Source: Steroidobacteraceae bacterium (lineage in GTDB: Bacteria; Pseudomonadota; Gammaproteobacteria; Steroidobacterales; Steroidobacteraceae). From it: DNA of 37,444 nt. Under the pieces are notes generated by a model that saw only the letters and a list, made by a program, of their open reading frames with translations, was not told the DNA's origin and ran no database searches. The translations under genes and the position numbers were made by a program. The number at the start of each line of letters is the position of its first letter. Position 1 is the stretch's first letter. The stretch is from contig DATBIF010000033.1 of assembly GCA_036557045.1 (NCBI GenBank), positions 1-37,444 on the forward strand, read 5' to 3'. This document shows positions 17,844 to 25,611 of this stretch, piece by piece.

Positions 17844-19076
17844 TCACGCGGTCAAGTCGCGTTGTCGCAGTGTGCGCTCGAGCTTTCCCAAGGCGCGATC
17901 CAGGCGCCGTGCCACTTCGCGACGTTCGCGCGCGCGTTCGCTTCGCGCGGAGGAAAAACTCCGGCGCTTGTCGCGCAGTGCCTCGATGCGCAGGCGCATC
18001 CCGTGTCGTCGCAGCAAGGGCTCGAGCGCATCCGCCTGGCGCAGCAGGTCGCGGCGGGTGACCTGGTAGGCGTGGTCGACGAGCCGTCGCCGGTCCGCAT
18101 ACCGGAACACGTTGGCAAAGAACAGCTTGTCGTCCTGGCGATCGGGCTCGATCAACAGCAGGTCCGCGGTCGGGAAGCGCGAGCGATAGCTCGCCATGCC
18201 CACCTTCATGCGCGAGTGGATGAGCGCCCGGAAGGTCTGGCTCAGGACGGTCGGCAGCCCTGCGTCCGTGACTTTCACGTTGGCGCCGCGGCGCGGGTGG
18301 GAGGCATCGAACGGCACCAGCGGATTCACGCAGATCACGAAGTTGCAGCCGTCCTCGAGCGCCAGCGAGGCGTTCATGGTGCGGATCAGCGCACCGTCGA
18401 CATAGAACTGGCCGTCGATCTCTACCGCTGGATAGAGCCCCGGCAAAGCGGTGCTCGCCACGACGGCGCGCGAGATCGGCACTCTCTCATAGCCGCGCGC
18501 GCCGAAGTGGACCGACTCACCGGTGTTCAGGTTCGTGGCGACGACATACAGGCGATGGCGCAGCTTGCGGAAGTCGTCAGTGTGTCCGTCGGCTGTCCAC
18601 ACTGCGCGCAGAAAGTCCTCCATCGGTCCATTGTCGAAGACCGCCGTCGGTATCGCCCGGCCGAGCGGGCCTACGCCGGCAGGCCAGCCGCTGCGCAGCG
18701 GGTCGCGAACGTACTGGTAGAGCCAGGTACTCAGGGCCCTGGGCAGCTCGCGCGCGCGCCGCAGGTACTCGCCTACCGCCGGCCGCAACAACACGGCCGG
18801 CGAGAACGGAAAGAGCGTCGACTCGTCATGGATGAAGATCTCGCCCATCGACGTGGTGTCGAAGCCGTTCGCCAGGCCAGCCGCAACGATCGAGCCGGAA
18901 CTGACGCCGACGTAGACGCTCAGCTCCGTCAATTGCAGTCCCTCGACGGCTTCACTCAGGGCGTGCAGCACCCCGAGCTCGTAGAACGCCCCGAGCGGCC
19001 CACCGCCCGCCAGCGCTACTGCAGTCTTGCTCTCACCCGTGCCCCGCGACTGCAGCGCGGGCTCGATCGTCAGCAT
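17844..19076 (-). CDS. patatin-like phospholipase/lipase
   Basis: Oxyanion GGGPLGAF, GVSSG nucleophile (GxSxG) and a later DGAL Asp motif give the patatin Ser-Asp dyad layout. Confidence 0.85.
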   Translation of the reverse strand: MLTIEPALQSRGTGESKTAVALAGGGPLGAFYELGVLHALSEAVEGLQLTELSVYVGVSSGSIVAAGLANGFDTTSMGEIFIHDESTLFPFSPAVLLRPAVGEYLRRARELPRALSTWLYQYVRDPLRSGWPAGVGPLGRAIPTAVFDNGPMEDFLRAVWTADGHTDDFRKLRHRLYVVATNLNTGESVHFGARGYERVPISRAVVASTALPGLYPAVEIDGQFYVDGALIRTMNASLALEDGCNFVICVNPLVPFDASHPRRGANVKVTDAGLPTVLSQTFRALIHSRMKVGMASYRSRFPTADLLLIEPDRQDDKLFFANVFRYADRRRLVDHAYQVTRRDLLRQADALEPLLRRHGMRLRIEALRDKRRSFSSARSERARERREVARRLDRALGKLERTLRQRDLTA

Positions 19077-19082
19077 CGATGC

Positions 19083-19580
19083 TCAGGCTGCGTGACGCAC
19101 ATGCTCTGCATGCGTACGGGCCGGCTTGCCGTGCGTCGTACGCACGGGCCGACGATGACGCGTGAGCTTGTCGATGTTGGCATTGAGCGCATCGACGCGC
19201 TTGCTGAGCGCCGCTATCTCCTCTGCGCTTGGCACGCCGAGTTGATTGAGCGCCCGGTGGACGCGGATCTGAAACATCTTCTCGAGATTCTCGAACGCAT
19301 CGCCCGCCTGTTCACGAGCCTGCTCCACGCGCGCTGCGATTCCCCCCTGTACGTCGCTCAAGGCGCCACGCACGGCCTTGGCCGTCGCGCGCCGCGTCGC
19401 GTTGTGCACACGGGCACCTTCCGCGACGAGGTCCTTGAAGAGTTTCGGCCCCTGGGTTTGTGTCCTGGACGCCGCGCCCAGGCCCGCGAGCCACACCTGG
19501 TGCACGGCTTCCAATAACCGCGCCTGCGCACGACCCGCCTGAGCGGTGCGTGATCTTGCAGCCTTCTTGCGTGTTGCCAT
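19083..19580 (-). CDS. PhaF/PhaI-type granule-associated protein (phasin)
   Basis: From MATRKK. VWLAGLGA...GPKLFKDLVAEG and LGVPSAEEIAALSKRVDALNANIDKLT align closely with the Pseudomonas PhaF/PhaI N-terminal domain as I recall it. Confidence 0.8.
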   Translation of the reverse strand: MATRKKAARSRTAQAGRAQARLLEAVHQVWLAGLGAASRTQTQGPKLFKDLVAEGARVHNATRRATAKAVRGALSDVQGGIAARVEQAREQAGDAFENLEKMFQIRVHRALNQLGVPSAEEIAALSKRVDALNANIDKLTRHRRPVRTTHGKPARTHAEHVRHAA

Positions 19581-19614
19581 GTCGAAGTCCTCTTGGTAAT
19601 GCCGTGGGCCCGCG

Positions 19615-19626
19615 ATCCGTATTTGT
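19615..19626 (-). promoter_or_regulatory. copy 2 of the shared 12-mer ATCCGTATTTGT, flanked by GGGCCCGC direct repeats
   Basis: Identical to 7669-7680. Lies 35-46 nt upstream of the phasin ATG. GGGCCCGC occurs at 19606-19613 and 19633-19640. Confidence 0.35.
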
Positions 19627-19682
19627 CCCACTGGGCCCGCCGTGGACAGCCGCTACTATAAGAGTGAGTAGTGGAGGTGACG

Positions 19683-20564
19683 ATGCGTACTTCCCGAAGG
19701 GTGGGGGCACGCAAGAAGTGGGCCGGCTTTCCGCACGCGGCATCGAGCTATCGTTATGATGGCGAGAAGCTTGCACGTGTGTGGGACAGCCTCCACCGGG
19801 GTGATTGCGAGCCCTTTCCGGATGCAGCCCGCATCGCCCGTGCGCAGAAACAGAGTCGCGCCTTTGCCCAGTGGGTCGACAGGTTCGGCGAGCCCGGACA
19901 ACTCGCGGCCGCGCTGCAGGACGCCTGGCGCGAATTTCATGCGGGCGACTTCGGTGCGGCAATAGAACGCGGCAGCTCCCTCGGCCCGCTGGGTGCTTCG
20001 GCAGCGAACAAGGCCGCGGGCGTATACGTCACGTATCTCGAGAGGGACCAGTCACGTGCGCTCGAGGTGCTCGAGGCTGCCATCGAGCGCGGCGAAGATG
20101 CGGTTGCGAAGCTTGCCGGGGACTGCAACACGCACTACATGCTGGCGTTCGTCCTCGGGCGCTACGCGCAACGAATCTCCGTGCTCAAGGCGCTGGCCGA
20201 CGGGATCGCGGGCCGCGTCAAAGCGCACCTCGAGCAGGCGCTGCGACTCGAGCCCAGGCACGCCGACGCTCACATCGCCTTCGGTCTGTATCACGCGGAG
20301 ATCGTCGCCAAGCTGGGCGCGCTTCCCGCGCGGCTCACCTACGGGGCGACGGCGTCTGCTGCCATCGGGCACCTGGAGCAGGCACGCAAGCTTGCGCCCG
20401 AGTCCATCGTCGCGCGCGTCGAGTATGCGAATGCGCTGCTGCTGCTCGACGCCGCGAAACACCGTGAGAAGGCGCGCAAGCTCTATACGGAGGCCGCCGC
20501 ACGCCGGCCGGTCGATGCCATGGAACGGCTTGACGTCGAGTGCGCCAAGAGCCATGCGGGCTGA
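19683..20564 (+). CDS. hypothetical protein with TPR-like helical repeats
   Basis: 293 aa. GGAGG SD lies 5 nt before the ATG at 19683. Repeat-like helices (EQALRLEPRHADAHIAFGLYH; LEQARKLAPESIVARVEYANALL). Divergent from the phasin operon. Confidence 0.55.
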   Translation: MRTSRRVGARKKWAGFPHAASSYRYDGEKLARVWDSLHRGDCEPFPDAARIARAQKQSRAFAQWVDRFGEPGQLAAALQDAWREFHAGDFGAAIERGSSLGPLGASAANKAAGVYVTYLERDQSRALEVLEAAIERGEDAVAKLAGDCNTHYMLAFVLGRYAQRISVLKALADGIAGRVKAHLEQALRLEPRHADAHIAFGLYHAEIVAKLGALPARLTYGATASAAIGHLEQARKLAPESIVARVEYANALLLLDAAKHREKARKLYTEAAARRPVDAMERLDVECAKSHAG

Positions 20565-20594
20565 TGGGTAAGCAGCGTACACCGGAGCGGGGGT

Positions 20595-22046
20595 CTAATG
20601 GGCGAGTGAACCGCCGGAGCCGATCAGCACCAGCAGCACCAGGCGCTCGAGCTCGGTGTGAATCAACCGCACCAGCTCGTCGGGAGTTGAAATGAGATTG
20701 CGGTCCGCGAGGACGCCGAACTGCAGCTGATCGTGGTAGGTCAGCGCGCTCACGCCGACGCCGATGTTTCCCGCCTGCGGAACCCAGAACAGGAGTTGTG
20801 AGACGGGCGCCCCGCCCATGTAGAGCTGCTGGCGCGGCCCGGGCACATTGGAGAAGACGAGGCTGGCCTTGGCACTGAACAGGGCGAGGGCGGGATCTTC
20901 CACCGCGGCAGGCAGGCTGCCGACGGCGGCGAGCAGACCGAGTGTGGCGAGCGGCTGATGCGATCCTTTGAGCGCCTGCATCCTGGCGTGTACCGCGTAC
21001 AAGCGCTCCAGCGGATGACGGATCCCGATCGGCAAATCGACGAACACGAGGCCGAACTGGTTGCCGAGCGTCGGCGGCCCACTGTCATCGCCGCGCAGAT
21101 TGACTGGCACGGCCGCACGAATCACCAAACCGTCCACGGCCTCGCCCTGCGACTCCAGGTAGCGGCCGAGTGCGCCGGCCAGGGTCGCCGTGATCACATC
21201 GTTGATCGTGCACGCCAGGACGCGGCTGATCGTGCGCACTTCCTCGAACGGAACGCGCTCTCCCCACGCAACGTGTTTCACGCCGCTGGCTCGATGCTTG
21301 AGACGCGTGAGGGGGTCATCTGCCAGGGTGCCGATCCGCGCCATTTCGGTTGCCACATCCGCCGCATCGCGGATGACGGTCGCAACCTCGCCCGGGTTCA
21401 GCGCGTAGTGCAGGCCCCGTCCCGCGAGGTGCGCTCCCTCGCGCGCGGTCCGCTCCAGCAGGCCGGCCGCGGGTGCGGCCAGCGAACTGAGTGCGGCGAG
21501 CCAGTCGACTGCGGCGACGGGCTCGGGCTCTGCATCAGCGCTGCGCTGCACCCTGCGCGCGGCGCGCTTGCGGGCATGCGCAGTGCGCGGCTCGCTTTCG
21601 GTCAGCGAGAGAAATACCCGCACCAGCGCGATCCCATCCGCGTAGCAGTGGTGAATGCGCACGATCAAGGCACTGCCGCCCTGGTAATACTCGACCAGGT
21701 GGAAGCTCCAGCGCGGCCGTTCGGAGCTCAACGGCGTACTCGCCAGCTCTGCCGCGAGCGCTTCGAGCTCGCGTTTGCCTGCCTCGCCCGGCAGCATCAC
21801 GCGGTGGACATGATCGGCCAGGTCGAAGTCCTCGGCCACGGCCCAACGGGCGCCCAGCAGCTCTGCTACCGGGCGGCAGCGGAAGCGCTCGAAGGCCAGG
21901 AAACGCTGCGCGACGATGTCGCATAACCGCTCGTATTCGAGCGGTTCTTCCAGGATCGAGAGCGCCACCACGGTCATCGGATTCGAGGACCGCTCCATCA
22001 GCAGCCACGCCCGATCCACCGCTGACAGGCGCTGATCGTCGTTCAT
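20595..22046 (-). CDS. wax ester synthase / acyl-CoA:diacylglycerol acyltransferase (WS/DGAT)
   Basis: 483 aa from MNDDQRLSAVD. Catalytic HHCYADG (HHxxxDG) plus a conserved C-terminal domain (NVPGP). The upstream 36 codons of the ORF look non-coding. Confidence 0.9.
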   Translation of the reverse strand: MNDDQRLSAVDRAWLLMERSSNPMTVVALSILEEPLEYERLCDIVAQRFLAFERFRCRPVAELLGARWAVAEDFDLADHVHRVMLPGEAGKRELEALAAELASTPLSSERPRWSFHLVEYYQGGSALIVRIHHCYADGIALVRVFLSLTESEPRTAHARKRAARRVQRSADAEPEPVAAVDWLAALSSLAAPAAGLLERTAREGAHLAGRGLHYALNPGEVATVIRDAADVATEMARIGTLADDPLTRLKHRASGVKHVAWGERVPFEEVRTISRVLACTINDVITATLAGALGRYLESQGEAVDGLVIRAAVPVNLRGDDSGPPTLGNQFGLVFVDLPIGIRHPLERLYAVHARMQALKGSHQPLATLGLLAAVGSLPAAVEDPALALFSAKASLVFSNVPGPRQQLYMGGAPVSQLLFWVPQAGNIGVGVSALTYHDQLQFGVLADRNLISTPDELVRLIHTELERLVLLVLIGSGGSLAH

Positions 22047-22113
22047 GTCGGCACACTTTCGCTCAAACGCAACAATCCGTGACCCTCGGTTTCCCACGAT
22101 GCCCGCCGAGCGG

Positions 22114-22146
22114 CAATCGAGTACGGTTACGATTGGTCCGCGATTG
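22114..22146. promoter_or_regulatory. CAATCG-N10-CGATTG inverted repeat plus a third CGATTG, in the WS/DGAT-FAR divergent region
   Basis: CAATCG at 22114-22119, CGATTG at 22130-22135 and at 22141-22146. AACGCAA(A)CAA also occurs twice (about 22065 and 22147). Confidence 0.3.
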
Positions 22147-22165
22147 CAACGCAAACAAGCAATTC

Positions 22166-24148
22166 ATGGCGTATTTCGTCACGGGAGCGACTGGATTCAT
22201 AGGTCGTCACCTGGTCGCCGAGCTGGCCAGGCGCGGCTCGCCCGTGCGCATTCTGGTCCGGCCCGCGTCGCGAACCAAAATCGAAGGGCTGATGAAGACA
22301 TGGGGCGAAGGCGCCCATCTCGTCACCCCCGTGTATGGCGACCTGGGCGAGAGCCTGCTCGGCGTATCTGCAGCTGAGCGCCAGCAGCTGCGCGGGACCG
22401 TTCAGCACTTCTTCCATCTGGGCGCGCTTTACGATCTCGGCGCGCAGGACGCGGATCTGGAACGGGCCAACGTGCTCGGGACGCAGAACGCGCTCGACTT
22501 CGCGCACGACATCAGCGCGGGCTGCTTCCATTTCGTGAGCTCCATCGCCTCGGCCGGCAATTACGAGGGCACATTCACGGAGGACATGTTCGAGGAGGCG
22601 CAGGCTCTCGATCATCCGTACTTCCGCAGCAAGCACGACGGCGAAGCCATGGTGCGCTCTGCGTGCCGCATCCCGTGGCGCGTCTATCGACCTGGCATGG
22701 TGGTCGGGCACTCGCAGACCGGCGTCATGGACAAGGTCGACGGTCCTTACTACTTCTTCAAGATGCTGCAGAAGCTGCGCGAGTACGTGCCGCGCTGGCT
22801 GCCGCTGATCGGATTCGAGGGCGGACACGTCAACCTGGTACCGGTCGACTTCGTTGCCGCGGCGCTCGCGCACCTGGCACACGTGCCGGGCCAGGATGGT
22901 GCCTGCTTTCATCTCACCGATCCCGTCGACCGGCGCGTGGGAGAAGTATTGAACGTGTTTGCCCGCGCCGCGCACGCGCCCACGATGACGGCGCGCGTGG
23001 AGCCCAGCCTGGTCGCGGCGCTGCCGCACGTCGCTGCCGCCGCCATCGGTGCCGTGCGGCCGCTGCAGCGGGTGTTGGACGAAACACTGCGCAGCCTCGC
23101 GATCCCCAGGTCGATCCTGGCACTGGTGAATCACCCGACCACGTTCGACGCCCGCCGCGCCCAGTCGCTGCTGCAGGATGCCGGCATCCGTGTTCCGCGA
23201 CTGGAGGATTACGCGTGGCGGTTGTGGGACTACTGGGAGCGGCAGCTCGATCCGGACCTGTTCATCGACAAGAGTCTGCGCGGCGCGGTGCACGACAAGG
23301 TGGTGCTGATCACGGGCGGCTCGTCGGGAATCGGTCGCGCCACCGCAGTGAGGCTGGCGGACGCCGGCGCTCACGTCATCATCGTGGCGCGCGACCCTGA
23401 GAAGCTGGCGGCCGTACGAACCGAGATCGAGAAGGCCAGGGGGCGTGTCAGCACGTACAGCTGCGACATCGGCGACGCCCAGGCCTGCGACCAGGCGCTC
23501 GCGACCATCCTGCGCGAGCACGGGCACGTCGATATCCTCATCAACAACGCCGGCCACTCGATCCGCCGCGCAATCGAGAACAGCTACGACCGCCTGCACG
23601 ATTTCGAGCGGCTCATGCGCATCAATTATTTCGCCGCGGTGCGCGTCACGCTGGGCCTGTTGCCGGCCATGCTGGCCCGTGGCGCAGGCCACGTGATCAG
23701 CATTTCCTCGATCGGAGTGCTGAGCAACGCACCGCGCTTCGCTGCCTACAACGCCTCCAAGGCGGCGCTCGAGGCGTTCACGCGCTGCGCTGGCGCCGAG
23801 TACAGCGAGCGTGGCGTTCACTTCACGGTCATCAACATGCCGCTCGTGCGCACACCCATGGTGGCGCCCACCAGGATCTACGAGCAGTTGCCGCTGATCA
23901 GCGCGCAGGAGGCCGCAGATATCGTGTGCGAGGCCGTCATTCGCCAGCCGCAGCGCCTCGCGACGCGCCTCGGGATCTTTGCCCAGCTCGTGGGCCTTTT
24001 TGCGCCGAAGCTGGGCGAGATCGTCATGAGCGAGAGCTTCAAGATGTTCCCGGAATCGGAGGCTGCGGGCGGCAAGACGGGAGCACTCGCCAGGCCGTCC
24101 GCGGAGGCCGTGGCCTTCGCCACGATCCTGCGAGGGATCCACTGGTAG
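22166..24148 (+). CDS. two-domain fatty acyl-CoA reductase (alcohol-forming)
   Basis: 660 aa from MAYFVTGATGFIGRHL (NAD-binding reductase domain), plus a C-terminal SDR domain (ITGGSSGIGRA, YNASK). Size and architecture match the Marinobacter long FAR type. Confidence 0.8.
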   Translation: MAYFVTGATGFIGRHLVAELARRGSPVRILVRPASRTKIEGLMKTWGEGAHLVTPVYGDLGESLLGVSAAERQQLRGTVQHFFHLGALYDLGAQDADLERANVLGTQNALDFAHDISAGCFHFVSSIASAGNYEGTFTEDMFEEAQALDHPYFRSKHDGEAMVRSACRIPWRVYRPGMVVGHSQTGVMDKVDGPYYFFKMLQKLREYVPRWLPLIGFEGGHVNLVPVDFVAAALAHLAHVPGQDGACFHLTDPVDRRVGEVLNVFARAAHAPTMTARVEPSLVAALPHVAAAAIGAVRPLQRVLDETLRSLAIPRSILALVNHPTTFDARRAQSLLQDAGIRVPRLEDYAWRLWDYWERQLDPDLFIDKSLRGAVHDKVVLITGGSSGIGRATAVRLADAGAHVIIVARDPEKLAAVRTEIEKARGRVSTYSCDIGDAQACDQALATILREHGHVDILINNAGHSIRRAIENSYDRLHDFERLMRINYFAAVRVTLGLLPAMLARGAGHVISISSIGVLSNAPRFAAYNASKAALEAFTRCAGAEYSERGVHFTVINMPLVRTPMVAPTRIYEQLPLISAQEAADIVCEAVIRQPQRLATRLGIFAQLVGLFAPKLGEIVMSESFKMFPESEAAGGKTGALARPSAEAVAFATILRGIHW

Positions 24149-24153
24149 AGCGC

Positions 24154-25611
24154 ATGATCGAGGCCGCGCCGCCTGCAGTGCCGGGCGAGAAGATCGAGGC
24201 GCGCCTGCAAGCGCTTCTCGACGCGCAGCGCGCAGCCTTCCTCGGCGAGGCGCCCGTTCCGGCGGAGCTGCGCATCGACCGGCTCGAGCGCGCAGCGAAG
24301 CTGCTCATTGACCACGAGCAGGAGTTCATCGATGCGCTGGCCACGGATTTCGGCCAGCGTCCCGGCGTGCTCACTCGCTTCGCGGACATCGTGCCCCCCG
24401 TACGCGCCCTGCAGTACGCGCGCAAGCACGTGCGTCGCTGGATGCGTGTGCAACGCATCCTGCCCGAGCTGCCATGGCTTCTCAGCGGTGCACGCACCCA
24501 AGTCCGCTACCAGCCACTCGGCGTCGTCGGGCTGATCAGTCCCTGGAACTTCCCCGTCAATCTCACCTTCTGCCCGCTCGCAGGCGTGCTGGCGGCGGGC
24601 AACCACTGCCTGATCAAGCCGTCGGAGCTGACGCCGGCCACCTCCGCATTGATGGAGCGGCTGATCGCGGACGCATTCGATGCAGCCGAAGTGAGCGTGG
24701 TCACGGGGGACGCCCAGGTGGCAGAAGCGTTCTCGGGCCTGCCATTCGACCACCTGGTGTTCACCGGCTCGAGCGCGGTCGGACGTCGTGTGATGGCAAG
24801 GGCCGCCGAGCATCTCGTCCCGGTGACGCTCGAGCTCGGCGGCAAGTGTCCGACGGTCCTCGGCCGCTCGGCGGATCTTGCCTCGAGCATCGATCGGATC
24901 CTCCTTGGCAAGCTGCTGAACGCAGGCCAGATGTGCCTCGCACCCGACTATGTCTACGTGCCGCGTGGCATGGTCGAACCGTTCATCCGCGAGTCCGAGC
25001 GCTGGGTGGCGCGTGTTTACCCCGGCCTGCCCGGGAACGCCGACTACACCAGCCTGGTGAGTGAACGGCATGCAAGCCGTCTCGCCGAGCTGCTCGCCGA
25101 TGCACGAGCGAAGGGTGGGCGCGTGATTGAGCTCGGGGCCGCGGCTGATGCGCTCGCGGAACGTCAGCGGCTCATGAGGCCTGCGCTCATCGTGGTCGCG
25201 AACGATGACATCCGCGCCATGCAGGAGGAGATCTTCGGGCCGGTGTTGCCGTTGCGCGTCTACGATCGGATCGAGGATGTGATCGAGGACATCAACGGCC
25301 GCCCGCGGCCGCTCGCCTTGTACTACTTCGGAACCGATCCCGGGGAGCAACGCCAGCTCCTCGACCGCACCACCTCGGGGGGTGTGACGATCAACGATGT
25401 CGCCATGCACGTCATGGTCGAGAGGCTTCCTTTCGGTGGGATCGGCGCGAGCGGCATGGGCGCCTACCATGGCGTGCACGGCTTTCGCCGCTTCAGCCAC
25501 GCGCGCGCCATCTATCGTCAGCCGCGGATCGACATCGCAGGCCTCGCCGGCCTGCGTCCGCCTTACGGCGCGAGGATTGAACGCGTCCTGCGCTGGATCA
25601 TCCGCCGCTGA
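24154..25611 (+). CDS. aldehyde dehydrogenase (ALDH3 / coniferyl-aldehyde DH-like, probable fatty aldehyde DH)
   Basis: 485 aa. LELGGKCP, catalytic Cys in GQMCLAPDY, EEIFGPVLP. Starts 5 nt after the FAR stop. Confidence 0.9.
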   Translation: MIEAAPPAVPGEKIEARLQALLDAQRAAFLGEAPVPAELRIDRLERAAKLLIDHEQEFIDALATDFGQRPGVLTRFADIVPPVRALQYARKHVRRWMRVQRILPELPWLLSGARTQVRYQPLGVVGLISPWNFPVNLTFCPLAGVLAAGNHCLIKPSELTPATSALMERLIADAFDAAEVSVVTGDAQVAEAFSGLPFDHLVFTGSSAVGRRVMARAAEHLVPVTLELGGKCPTVLGRSADLASSIDRILLGKLLNAGQMCLAPDYVYVPRGMVEPFIRESERWVARVYPGLPGNADYTSLVSERHASRLAELLADARAKGGRVIELGAAADALAERQRLMRPALIVVANDDIRAMQEEIFGPVLPLRVYDRIEDVIEDINGRPRPLALYYFGTDPGEQRQLLDRTTSGGVTINDVAMHVMVERLPFGGIGASGMGAYHGVHGFRRFSHARAIYRQPRIDIAGLAGLRPPYGARIERVLRWIIRR

